Shown here: positions 10,152 through 19,172 of the stretch, one piece after another
Position numbering within the stretch: the stretch's first letter is position 1
How the letters are laid out: the number at the start of each line of letters is the position of its first letter
Notes under the pieces: model-generated
Seen by the model: the letters and a program-made list of their open reading frames with translations, nothing else
Told to the model about the DNA's origin: nothing
The model's database searches: none
Translations under genes and position numbers: made by a program
Sequence record: SRR2962707_642
Reading direction: 5' to 3' (one strand)
DNA: 44,451 nucleotides

Positions 10152-10493
10152 ATGCAACACTTAGTAACAGAAATGGACAACATGGTGCTGAAGGGTGAGA
10201 TCCCTCAGGCCGTAGAACGATTTTTCAATGACACTGCCACCACTACTGATGTGGATGGATCGACAACCAATACTCGTGAAGAGGCTCTAAACAAGCTTAC
10301 AGGATTTGTATCTAGCATAGCCAAGGTGAATGAAATCTCTTTGCTCAATAGCTCCTATGGAGATAATGTGAGTATGTCAGAATTCAGGTTTCATTTCGAC
10401 ATGAAAGACGGAAGCGAAATCAAATGGCATGAAGTGATACGACGTATCTGGGACAATGGTCAGGTGATCAATGAAGTCTACTTCCAGAATTAA
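10152..10493 (+). CDS. SnoaL/NTF2-like protein
   Basis: 113 aa with GEIPQAVERFF, HEVIRRIWDNGQVINEVYF, typical of the SnoaL-like C-terminus. Confidence 0.7.
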   Translation: MQHLVTEMDNMVLKGEIPQAVERFFNDTATTTDVDGSTTNTREEALNKLTGFVSSIAKVNEISLLNSSYGDNVSMSEFRFHFDMKDGSEIKWHEVIRRIWDNGQVINEVYFQN

Positions 10494-10518
10494 TCTTCTT
10501 AACTAAAACAAATAGATA

Positions 10519-10965
10519 ATGACTAAGTCAATTTTATCAGCCATCCTGCTGATGATCGTAATTGCTGTCCAGGCACAGGAATTCAATACAGACGACAGCA
10601 AAATAGCACTCAATGGGTATAGTGCCGTTTCGTATGTTGATTTGAACCTCGCTCAAAGAGGTTTGAAAGAACACATGACTGAACACAAAGGAGTAAAATA
10701 CTTCTTCACCAGTGCAGAGCAGCAGAAAAAGTTCGAGGCTAATCCCAACAAGTACCTTCCTCAATACGGAGGATGGTGCGCTACCGGAGTTGCCATCGGA
10801 GCAAAGTTCAGAACAGATCCGAATAAATTCCTGGTGAAAGATGGGAAACTATTCGTCTTCCTTAACAGTGTCGAAGTAGACGCACTTCAGGTCTGGAACG
10901 AAAAAGGTCACGATGGAATGGTCAAAGCAGCGAACGAAAACTGGAAAAAGCTGAAAACGAAATAG
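10519..10965 (+). CDS. Secreted YHS domain-containing (seleno)protein family member, Cys form
   Basis: Signal peptide; ALNGYSAVSY, KYFFTSAEQQKKFEANPNKYLPQYGGWCA, DGKLFVF. Confidence 0.85.
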   Translation: MTKSILSAILLMIVIAVQAQEFNTDDSKIALNGYSAVSYVDLNLAQRGLKEHMTEHKGVKYFFTSAEQQKKFEANPNKYLPQYGGWCATGVAIGAKFRTDPNKFLVKDGKLFVFLNSVEVDALQVWNEKGHDGMVKAANENWKKLKTK

Positions 10966-10986
10966 TGCTTTAATTGATTGTTTTAT

Positions 10987-11015
10987 AAGGGGCAGAAGTA
11001 ATTCTGCCCTTTTTT
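10987..11015 (+). terminator. Intrinsic terminator
   Basis: GGGCAGAA-GTAA-TTCTGCCC followed by a T tract. Confidence 0.85.
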
Positions 11016-11077
11016 ATTTATTTCTTAAACAATTATTAATCATATTCGTATTCATAACTTAAACAAATATTAATCTA

Positions 11078-11407
11078 ATGGAAGCAATCGGATCATTAGA
11101 GGAGATCGTGTTGATGATCTTACTCCAACAGGAGAAGATCAACAGCGTGGATATCGCCAAAGAATACGAAGATGCTATGCAAAAGAATATTTCTATCCCG
11201 GCCATACATGTGGTATTGAAGCGAATGGAAAAGAAAGGGTGGGTGAAATCTGAATTCGGTGCGCCTACTGCCGAACGTGGAGGCAGAAGAAAACGAATAT
11301 ACTGGGCTACTCCTACAGCGTACAAGCTTGTGAGTGATCTCAACGAGGTGAAAACGAAACTATGGAACGGTGTGACCAAACCATCCTTACAATATGTCCA
11401 CCTATAA
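11078..11407 (+). CDS. PadR family transcriptional regulator
   Basis: IGSLEEIVL, PAIHVVLKRMEKKG and PTAERGGRRKRIY. Confidence 0.9.
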   Translation: MEAIGSLEEIVLMILLQQEKINSVDIAKEYEDAMQKNISIPAIHVVLKRMEKKGWVKSEFGAPTAERGGRRKRIYWATPTAYKLVSDLNEVKTKLWNGVTKPSLQYVHL

Positions 11408-13976
11408 CCCACCACGATGGGCCGACTGGCTGATTGAAAAGCTATGTGCTGATCACCTGAAGGAAGAAATCCAAGGTGACTTGCACGAGGCATTTTATTG
11501 GCGGGTAGAAAAGCACAATCCGAGACGAGCACGCTTGTACTTCGTTTTCGAAGTGTTCCGCTCCATCCGGTTATCCAATCTCAAACCAACTTCTTCAATA
11601 ACTCAAAGACTAATGCTATACAATAATTACATCAAAACAGGCTGGCGCTTCCTGAAGAAGCACAAGCTATATTCCGGTCTAAATATTCTAGGACTTGCAT
11701 TGGGCATTTCTTTTTGCTGGCTGGCCTATTTACATGCCAATGATGAAACCAATTTTGATCAGCATCTGACGGATCATGACCGATTGTATCGAATCGTATG
11801 CGACTTCAAACGAGGTGACGATATGCATTACATAGGTGGTAGTTCCAATGCTATGTCAGTTCAATTTGCAGAGAAAATACCAGAGGTTGAAGGCATAGCC
11901 AGAATCAAATCTGATTATGGACTCATCCGAAAAGGAGAAGAAACCATTGGCCAATCATTCATGATGGCTGATCGTACTTTGATCGATTACCTGGAGTTGG
12001 ACTTCCTTGAAGGCAGTGCCACCACTTTTGATAAGCCCAACGACGTGATCATCTCAGCTACACTAGCTGGGAAATTGAATATCAGAGGAAAGGCGGTTGG
12101 TGAAATTATTTCACTTACTCAAGGCGAAGACTTTATTGATTTCATCATTCGTGGCGTCTATAAGGATATCCCTGAAAATACGTCTGTGCGGCGAGACATG
12201 ATCATTTCATACGAATACTATGTGGCTAACGCTCCTGAGAGAAGGCTTACCACCTGGTTCGACATCAATATGAATACCCTGATCAAGCTTCAGGATCCAG
12301 CATCAAAAGCTGCAGCAGAAGTTAAAATGAATGAGCTGCACCAGGAAAATGAACCCGACCATGAGGAAGATGGGCATTCAGTGGTGTTGCGTCTTCAGCC
12401 TATGTCACAAATTCACCTGAACGAAGACTATGGCCATTACAATGGCATTTCAAGAGGTGGCAACCTTGAAATGATTCGCCTATTCATTGGGATCGGTGTG
12501 TTCTGTCTTCTCATTTCCATGATCAACTATTCCAATTTCAACATCTCGTTGTACATCAACAGGGCAAGAGAAGTTGCACTTAGAAAAGTAATCGGAGCAG
12601 AAAAGAAAGGCATTTTCGGACAGCTCATTACCGAATCGTTCATGTCCGCTTTGATGGCTGGCGCACTCGCATTCATCCTGATGCTTTTGATACTTCCCAT
12701 GTTCGCCGAATTCGTACATAAGAATTACACCATCGCATACCTGGCAAATACACAGTTCATTGTGGGGGCTATCCTCATCCTGATGAGTGTAGCCTTCCTA
12801 AGTGGAGTTTATCCTGCATTTGTACTTTCCAGATTTTCCATCATCAAATCCTTAAAAGGTGAGCAAAAGATCAAATCCGGAAAATGGATCACACAATCGC
12901 TGCTTGGGCTCCAGTTCGTGATTGCCACCGTACTGGTTGCCGGAATGATCACCATGCAAAATCAGATTAGCTACCTGAGTGCTTTTGATACAAAGATCGA
13001 TTACAACAATGTGGTCTACATCGACTACATTCAAACGGAAGAGAGCAACATCCCACCTTTCATCAATGACTTGGCTCAGATGCCAGAAGTAGCAGAAGTT
13101 GCTGCCATTTCAAGCTACAATGGTACGCGTATCATGACCGAAGAGCTACAATTTGATGTACGGCATCTGAGGATAGAGCGCGACCTGATGAAACTTTTGG
13201 ATGTTGACATCCTTCAGGGAAGGAACTTTGATCCAGCCATTGCTACCGACAAAACATCCGCCATTCTGGTTAATGAAGCTTTCGTTGCTAAAATGGGTCT
13301 TGAAGACCCGGTAGGGAAAACTGTACCTTTTAGCTATGGTGATCTTGAAAATCCGCAAATCATTGGTGTAGTTGAAGACTATTTATTTGAATCAGCCAAG
13401 AGTACCGTGGATCCTCTGGTCATCTATCAGGCTCCCGCTTATAGATTGCAATCTGTCTATTTCAAACTCAGTAGTGATGAATTCAACACCGACAAATTTG
13501 CTGCAGTCTGGGCCAAGCATTTCGATCCGTTCCCGTTTACCTATACTTTTCTGGAAGAAGTGTATCTGCAGGCTTATCAAAACGAACAGCGGATGATGCA
13601 GCTACTTGCAATCGGATGTTTTGTCTCTATCTTCCTGGCGGCCATGGGATTGCTGGGTATCGTCGGACTTCAATTGAACCAACGACTCAAAGAAATCAGC
13701 ATTCGGAAAGTGCTGGGAGCTTCCTCAGGAAGCCTTTACCAGGTATTCACCAAAAAATTTATCCTGATCATCATAGCAGGAATGACCGGTGGTTTACTCG
13801 TCGGATACCAGTTCATCAGCGGGTGGCTGGAGGACTATCCCAATCACATCGAATTTGGAGCCGGTATCATCAGCCTAACAGTGGTAATCACCCTATCCAT
13901 CGCATTGGTGACCATTGTTTCACAGATCTTCAAAGTTGTGCGTACCAATCCGGTGCAATACCTCAAAGATGAGTAG
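11394..13976 (+). CDS. MacB/FtsX-type ABC transporter permease with N-terminal permease-prefix domain
   Basis: PPRWADWL...EEIQGDLHE prefix; two FtsX domains (RAREVALRKVIGA, RLKEISIRKVLGA); ends NPVQYLKDE. Confidence 0.9.
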   Translation: MSTYNPPRWADWLIEKLCADHLKEEIQGDLHEAFYWRVEKHNPRRARLYFVFEVFRSIRLSNLKPTSSITQRLMLYNNYIKTGWRFLKKHKLYSGLNILGLALGISFCWLAYLHANDETNFDQHLTDHDRLYRIVCDFKRGDDMHYIGGSSNAMSVQFAEKIPEVEGIARIKSDYGLIRKGEETIGQSFMMADRTLIDYLELDFLEGSATTFDKPNDVIISATLAGKLNIRGKAVGEIISLTQGEDFIDFIIRGVYKDIPENTSVRRDMIISYEYYVANAPERRLTTWFDINMNTLIKLQDPASKAAAEVKMNELHQENEPDHEEDGHSVVLRLQPMSQIHLNEDYGHYNGISRGGNLEMIRLFIGIGVFCLLISMINYSNFNISLYINRAREVALRKVIGAEKKGIFGQLITESFMSALMAGALAFILMLLILPMFAEFVHKNYTIAYLANTQFIVGAILILMSVAFLSGVYPAFVLSRFSIIKSLKGEQKIKSGKWITQSLLGLQFVIATVLVAGMITMQNQISYLSAFDTKIDYNNVVYIDYIQTEESNIPPFINDLAQMPEVAEVAAISSYNGTRIMTEELQFDVRHLRIERDLMKLLDVDILQGRNFDPAIATDKTSAILVNEAFVAKMGLEDPVGKTVPFSYGDLENPQIIGVVEDYLFESAKSTVDPLVIYQAPAYRLQSVYFKLSSDEFNTDKFAAVWAKHFDPFPFTYTFLEEVYLQAYQNEQRMMQLLAIGCFVSIFLAAMGLLGIVGLQLNQRLKEISIRKVLGASSGSLYQVFTKKFILIIIAGMTGGLLVGYQFISGWLEDYPNHIEFGAGIISLTVVITLSIALVTIVSQIFKVVRTNPVQYLKDE

Positions 13977-14052
13977 GGAACTTTTGTATAAGCTCCCTAC
14001 ATTCGCAGTACAATTGGTTTTAAGTGAGGGTTTATGAAAAATTCCATGCCCC

Positions 14053-14083
14053 AACACCTAAAACCCAATACCTAGTACCTAAT
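14053..14083. repeat. Four tandem heptamers (AAyACCT-like)
   Basis: AACACCT AAAACCC AATACCT AGTACCT AAT, directly before ATG 14084. Confidence 0.55.
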
Positions 14084-14326
14084 ATGTCCCTACTTGAACT
14101 CATTGGCTGGCTTGGAGCTGGCTCACTATTGGTTGGATTCGCATTGAACCTGTTTCAGAAAATCCATGCCGACTCGATGGTCTATCTTCTGTTGAACCTG
14201 ATTGGAAGTATCCTTTTGCTGTACAATGCCTATATGAATGGCGCCTTTCCTTTCGTGGCGGTGAACTTTGTGTGGGTGGTATTCTCAGCATTTAAACTGG
14301 CCCAAATGGCCACAGCAAAGAAGTAA
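14084..14326 (+). CDS. Small membrane protein (CBU_0592-like)
   Basis: ELIGWLGAGSLL...YLLLNLIGS...VNFVWVV with three hydrophobic helices; start moved to ATG 14084. Confidence 0.7.
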   Translation: MSLLELIGWLGAGSLLVGFALNLFQKIHADSMVYLLLNLIGSILLLYNAYMNGAFPFVAVNFVWVVFSAFKLAQMATAKK

Positions 14327-14526
14327 TGGACGGCACAAAAAGAAGCGATATCCAAGTTGGATCTGAGGTAGCTGTTGTACAGAAGCATCATCAACGTACT
14401 GGCGAACTAACCGAAGGGGTGGTAAAACGCATCCTGACCAAATCTCCTACTCACCCGCATGGCATCAAAGTAATGCTGGAAGATGGAATTGTGGGAAGGG
14501 TGAAGGAGATTATTAATGAGGATTAA
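14326..14526 (+). CDS. YwbE family protein
   Basis: MDGTKRSDI...GELTEGVVKRILTKSPTHPHGIKVMLEDGIVGRV. Confidence 0.88.
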   Translation: MDGTKRSDIQVGSEVAVVQKHHQRTGELTEGVVKRILTKSPTHPHGIKVMLEDGIVGRVKEIINED

Positions 14527-14677
14527 ACTTGCGGTGACGATAAATTAGACTCATCAAAGTAGACACGGTGTAAACTCAGATAATTGATAGCCACATCAAT
14601 TACGATATAGATTTAGACTCAAAGTTGAGTCAGATTAGAAACTAAAATCAGAACATTTCTAAATCGCTTGTCTTAGA

Positions 14678-14693
14678 GTAACTTATAAGTTAC
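14678..14693. promoter_or_regulatory. Perfect 16-bp palindrome, likely toxin-antitoxin autorepression operator
   Basis: GTAACTTATAAGTTAC is its own reverse complement; it overlaps the TACCTTTA -7-like element and ends 7 nt before the toxin ATG. Confidence 0.7.
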
Positions 14694-14700
14694 CTTTAAC

Positions 14701-15054
14701 ATGAAGATACGTAAAGTAATTGCCTATGGGCACTATTTTGAGGATTTCTTAGCTAACCAACCACATAAGGTTCAGAATAAGATTTTCAAAATAATTGATG
14801 CAATTGAAACACTGGAAAGAGTTCCAGGTAATTACTTAAAACATATAGTTGGATCGAATGGATTGTACGAAGCTCGAATTGGACTTGGATCAAACATATG
14901 GAGAGTATTCTGTTTTTTTGATGGGAATCAACTTGTAATTCTCTTGAACGGATTTCAAAAAAAGTCACAAAAAACACCGAAAAAGGAAATTGATAAGGCG
15001 AAGCAACTGATGAATAGTTATTACCTCGATAAAAAGAAAGAACATGGAAACTAA
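14701..15054 (+). CDS. Type II toxin, RelE/ParE superfamily (HigB/Gp49-like)
   Basis: GLYEARI, NIWRVFCFF and LLNGFQKKSQKTPKKEI. Confidence 0.9.
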   Translation: MKIRKVIAYGHYFEDFLANQPHKVQNKIFKIIDAIETLERVPGNYLKHIVGSNGLYEARIGLGSNIWRVFCFFDGNQLVILLNGFQKKSQKTPKKEIDKAKQLMNSYYLDKKKEHGN

Positions 15055-15334
15055 ATCCTGGAAAAGTATCAAAGATGATGTCTTTGGCGAAAAGGGTTCT
15101 CCCAGAAGGGATGAGCTTGAACGAGAGGCCGAAAGCTTTAAAATTGGGCTGCTTCTTCGTCAAGCTAGAGAACAAAAACATTTGACACAACAGCAGCTTG
15201 GTGAACTAGTAAATAAGAAACGAACCTTTATTTCAAGAGTAGAGAATGATGGAAGTAATCTAACGCTAAAAACGTTATTTGATATAGTTGAAAAAGGACT
15301 GGGTGGTAAAGTGAATATTAGTATAGACTTATAA
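15044..15334 (+). CDS. XRE-family HTH antitoxin (HigA-like)
   Basis: LRQAREQKHLTQQQLGELV...ISRVEN; overlaps and follows the toxin. Confidence 0.88.
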   Translation: METKSWKSIKDDVFGEKGSPRRDELEREAESFKIGLLLRQAREQKHLTQQQLGELVNKKRTFISRVENDGSNLTLKTLFDIVEKGLGGKVNISIDL

Positions 15335-15401
15335 TTGAGTCCTTCCCAATACCCACACTTCCAATTATCTTGCAATTCAACTTGGATCCCTTCAATCACC
15401 A

Positions 15402-16430
15402 ATGAAAAAAATAACCATCATCCGTATCCTTCTGTTCGGTGGAACCATTATCTCCTTGTTTTTCGTCCCTTGGTTGCTAGTCAAAGCATGGGTACTACCA
15501 CTCCCGGATTCCGTTCAGGAACAAATGGATGAAGCCATTGGCCATGGATTTGAGGGAATGATTGTGTATGTGGATCAAAGCGGTAAACCGCCACAATACC
15601 TGGCTTCCGGCTGGCACAATAGAGATGCTAAAATTCCAGCTAACCCACATGCATTATTCAAAATCGCAAGTATCAGTAAGTTGTATGATGCTGTGGCTGT
15701 GACCAAATTGGTTAGTGCCGGACGCTTGTCTCTGAATAAAACTATTGCTGACTATCTGCCAGAACTTGTAGGAAGAATCGAGAATGCAGATAAGATTACG
15801 TTGCGGTTAATGATCCAACACCGAAGTGGGATACCTAATTTCACAGATGCACCCAACTTCTGGGCGACTCCTCCTGGTTCATATGAAGGAAGTCTTGCCC
15901 TGATCCTGGATAAACCTGCCAATTTCAAACCCGGTGCAGACTATGAATACTGTAACACCAACTACCTCCTCCTGAATAAGATCATGGATGATGAATTGGG
16001 CTACAACAACTTTGAGTTCATTCAGGAAGAAATCCTAACCCCATTGAAACTCACCCATACATACGGATCACTTGCAGAGGTGCAGATAGATGACGTAATG
16101 AGTGGCTATCATGTAGGACACCCGCATGACTTAAAAACGGATGAAAATGGTATGTTGGCAACAGCCGAGGACGTTGGCATTTTCCTGAGGGCGCTGAACG
16201 ATGGATCGTTGTTCGAAGATGGAGAACAGGAGATCTACGAATCCGTCTATGAATATGAGCATGCAGGTTGGGTGCCTGGGTATCAAAGTTTTGCGAAGTA
16301 TTATCCTGACCTTGATGCAGTTGTAATTCAGTTCTATAGTACCACAGACCCTAAGCTGTACTTATGGAACTTGTCAGAAATCATCAATAGTCGGATTGCT
16401 AAAATCCTCGAAAGAGATTCAAAGAGGTAA
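15402..16430 (+). CDS. Serine hydrolase, beta-lactamase-related family
   Basis: SxxK (ASISK), HRSG, YxN (YCN) and HAG; N-terminal membrane anchor. Confidence 0.87.
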   Translation: MKKITIIRILLFGGTIISLFFVPWLLVKAWVLPLPDSVQEQMDEAIGHGFEGMIVYVDQSGKPPQYLASGWHNRDAKIPANPHALFKIASISKLYDAVAVTKLVSAGRLSLNKTIADYLPELVGRIENADKITLRLMIQHRSGIPNFTDAPNFWATPPGSYEGSLALILDKPANFKPGADYEYCNTNYLLLNKIMDDELGYNNFEFIQEEILTPLKLTHTYGSLAEVQIDDVMSGYHVGHPHDLKTDENGMLATAEDVGIFLRALNDGSLFEDGEQEIYESVYEYEHAGWVPGYQSFAKYYPDLDAVVIQFYSTTDPKLYLWNLSEIINSRIAKILERDSKR

Positions 16431-16500
16431 TCCGTTCTCAACCTGATCCAATCATCTATGGGTATCTTATCTTTATTGGCTGAATGACAATAGTTGAATC

Positions 16501-16872
16501 ATGGATCAAAAAATCAAATCAGTAGACGTATACATCAAGCAGTTTCCGGATGATACTCAGAAAATACTTTCAAAAATTCGATCCGTCATTTTAGAAAATG
16601 CAAAGGGTGCCGAGGAAAATATTTCCTACGGGATGCCAGCATACAAAACCAACAAGAAGCCTCTGGTCTACTTCGCTGGATATCCCAAACATATAGGCCT
16701 TTATGCTACTCCTTCCGGTCATCAACAGTTTGCCGAGCAGTTAGCTTCTTACAAGCAAGGCAAAGGATCTGTTCAATTTCCGCTTTCAGATACAATTCCC
16801 TATGAATTGATTGCCGAGATAGTCCGATTTAGGGTGGAAGAGAATGAAAAAAATAATAGTCGCAATGACTGA
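16501..16872 (+). CDS. DUF1801/YdhG-like protein
   Basis: VDVYI, ISYGMPAY, HIGLY, KGSVQFP and PYELIAEIV. Confidence 0.85.
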   Translation: MDQKIKSVDVYIKQFPDDTQKILSKIRSVILENAKGAEENISYGMPAYKTNKKPLVYFAGYPKHIGLYATPSGHQQFAEQLASYKQGKGSVQFPLSDTIPYELIAEIVRFRVEENEKNNSRND

Positions 16873-17419
16873 TCATTTCATTCAATCTGTCCGAACATTC
16901 GCCTCCTTTTCCGATGAGGAAATCACTGAATTATCAAGACGAGCAGAGAAAATTCATTTAAAGAAGGGAGACGAGCTGTTAGAAATTGGTCAGGTATGCC
17001 AATCACTTTGTTTCCTAGAATCCGGAAGCCTTCGTCAGTACTATTCCGACAAAAATCTGGAGGAAGTCACTACCAATTTATTTATTCCTGGAAATTGGGT
17101 ATTTGATAACGCCAGCTTTACCGGTCAAAAGCCAGCCACTTCGAAAATTGAAGCCTTCGAAGATTGCTTGCTGCTCAGTATTCCAATCCAACAATTGCAT
17201 CACCTTATCGAGCTTTCCCCTCGCTATTTTGCTTTGGGAAAAATCTTGGAGAAAGGAATCGCTCCTACCTGGAACGGAAAAGAAAGTCCCGAGCAGAAGT
17301 ACACCGACCTCTTGACCAAACGCCCTGAAATCGTACAAACTTTTCCACTGAAGTACATTGCTTCTTATCTGGGAATGACCCCTGAAACATTGAGCAGGGT
17401 CAGGAAAAAGATCAGCTAA
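16865..17419 (+). CDS. Crp/Fnr family transcriptional regulator
   Basis: cNMP-type domain plus YIASYLGMTPETLSRVR HTH; start is 16865 or 16844. Confidence 0.88.
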   Translation: MTDHFIQSVRTFASFSDEEITELSRRAEKIHLKKGDELLEIGQVCQSLCFLESGSLRQYYSDKNLEEVTTNLFIPGNWVFDNASFTGQKPATSKIEAFEDCLLLSIPIQQLHHLIELSPRYFALGKILEKGIAPTWNGKESPEQKYTDLLTKRPEIVQTFPLKYIASYLGMTPETLSRVRKKIS

Positions 17420-17425
17420 TCATTT

Positions 17426-17441
17426 CTTGATTTCGATCAAG
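17426..17441. promoter_or_regulatory. FNR-type box CTTGAT-N4-ATCAAG
   Basis: Exact TTGAT-TTCG-ATCAA just after the Crp/Fnr stop; TAGGTTTG -7 element at 17464-17471. Confidence 0.8.
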
Positions 17442-17489
17442 TGCTGTTTCGAATAAAGCCTCCTAGGTTTGTCAAAAACTATTTCAAAC

Positions 17490-18122
17490 ATGCATTCAAC
17501 TAAAGGCTCAGGACTCTCTTTGATCATCGGTTCGTTTCTCATGATCGTTACCATGGTACTTCATCCCGTAGGTGGTGACTTCCATCATTTGATACAGATT
17601 ATTTCAATTGGCATCATTTCACATTCCATTGCCATACTCTCCATCCCATTTAGTGCTTATGGCTTTTATGGCCTAACTAAAAGGCTACAGGATGCCCCCT
17701 TCTTCTCAAATGTTGCCCTTTTCATCATGGCATTTGGGTTGATTGCCGCCATGATCGCCGCTTCAATCAACGGTCTCATCCTGATGGATTTCGTTGGTAT
17801 TTACGAAGATGCTAATGAGGCTACCATTAGAGAGATCAAACCTTTCTTGCTTCTCCTTAGATCCTTCAATCATGCCTTCGATTTCATCATGATTGGAGCA
17901 GTGTTACTTTCCACCCTATTTTGGTCTATTGCCGTCTTAAAAACCAAACATTTATCCATTTGGTTGGGCTACTTTGGATTGATCCTGGTTGGTACTGCGC
18001 TCGCACTGGTACTCCTTGATTTTGTATTCGTTGATCTCTTAGGTTTTCGTGTCTTCATCTTCGGATGGGTGGCTTGGGTCATTTACGCAGGCATGCTAAT
18101 CCAAAAGTCTTCGGTTAAGTAA
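17490..18122 (+). CDS. Multi-pass membrane protein of unknown function
   Basis: About six hydrophobic helices; start placed at ATG 17490 because TTG 17469 lies inside the -7 element. Confidence 0.75.
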   Translation: MHSTKGSGLSLIIGSFLMIVTMVLHPVGGDFHHLIQIISIGIISHSIAILSIPFSAYGFYGLTKRLQDAPFFSNVALFIMAFGLIAAMIAASINGLILMDFVGIYEDANEATIREIKPFLLLLRSFNHAFDFIMIGAVLLSTLFWSIAVLKTKHLSIWLGYFGLILVGTALALVLLDFVFVDLLGFRVFIFGWVAWVIYAGMLIQKSSVK

Positions 18123-18206
18123 TTGTAAAGTTTTAGGCACAACAGCATTCTTATATTCGTTAGTTGACTTGGTTGATTAACTTGAGTATTGAAAATACTA
18201 CGAACG

Positions 18207-19163
18207 ATGAATCAATCAACTACACTAGGACACAGCAACCTCTCTATCAATCGAATAGGTCTTGGCTGCATGGGTATGTCAGAATTTTATGGTTCCTTCA
18301 ATGAAGAAGAATCTATCAAAACCCTCCACAAGGCCATTGATCTGGGTGTCAATTTCTTCGATACCGCAGATATGTATGGAAGCGGAGCGAATGAACAGTT
18401 GCTGGGTAAAGCGTTCAAAGGGAGATGGAATGAGTTAACTCTCGCTACAAAATTTGCCGTCATGCGTGGACCCAATGGAGAATTTCTTGGGCTAAATGGC
18501 AAACCGGAGTATATCCGAAATGCCTGTGAGCAAAGTCTTAAAAATTTAGGTGTAGACAAGATTGACCTTTATTATATGCATCGTCAGGATCCCGAGGTAG
18601 AAATCGAGGAAATCGTTGGAACGATGGCAGAATTAGTTCAACAAGGAAAGGTTAAGCATTTGGGTCTCTCCGAGGTGAATGCTGAAACACTTCTTCGTGC
18701 ACATGCCGTTCATCCAATTTCGGCACTTCAAACGGAGTATTCATTGTGGAGTCGTGATCCTGAAGGTGAACTATTCGAAACCTGCAAAGAACTTGGCATC
18801 ACTTTCGTAGCATACAGTCCTCTGGGCCGGGGATTCCTCACAGGTGCCATTAAGAGCCGTGCAGATTTGGAAGAAGGAGATTTTCGCCTTGGTAATCCAC
18901 GATTCACCGATGAAGCCATTCAGGAAAATTTGAAATTCGTGGAGGTGGTAGAGCAAATCGCACAACGAAAAGGGGTGACAAAAGCGCAAATTGCTTTGGC
19001 GTGGATTTTATCTCAAAACAAAGAAATCACTACCATTCCCGGAACCAGAAAAGTGGAACGTCTTCAAGAAAATTTAGGAGCTTACCAAATCAATCTTGAT
19101 CAGGCGGATCTAGAGGAAATTGAAGCTAATTCACCTTCTGAGACGTTTGGAGCTAGGTATTGA
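18207..19163 (+). CDS. Aldo/keto reductase
   Basis: [37 protein letters not shown] and IPGT. Confidence 0.93.
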   Translation: MNQSTTLGHSNLSINRIGLGCMGMSEFYGSFNEEESIKTLHKAIDLGVNFFDTADMYGSGANEQLLGKAFKGRWNELTLATKFAVMRGPNGEFLGLNGKPEYIRNACEQSLKNLGVDKIDLYYMHRQDPEVEIEEIVGTMAELVQQGKVKHLGLSEVNAETLLRAHAVHPISALQTEYSLWSRDPEGELFETCKELGITFVAYSPLGRGFLTGAIKSRADLEEGDFRLGNPRFTDEAIQENLKFVEVVEQIAQRKGVTKAQIALAWILSQNKEITTIPGTRKVERLQENLGAYQINLDQADLEEIEANSPSETFGARY

Positions 19164-19172
19164 TCTCTATTG

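Noticed and set aside
10519-10965. Selenoprotein
   Set aside because: The GGWC position is encoded by TGC (Cys) and there is no in-frame TGA.
15402-16430. Antibiotic-resistance beta-lactamase
   Set aside because: It has only the generic SxxK/YxN/HxG serine hydrolase motifs shared with peptidases and esterases.
14701-19163. Prophage, integron or defence island
   Set aside because: No integrase, transposase, phage genes, repeated attC-like sites or recognisable defence genes other than the toxin-antitoxin pair.
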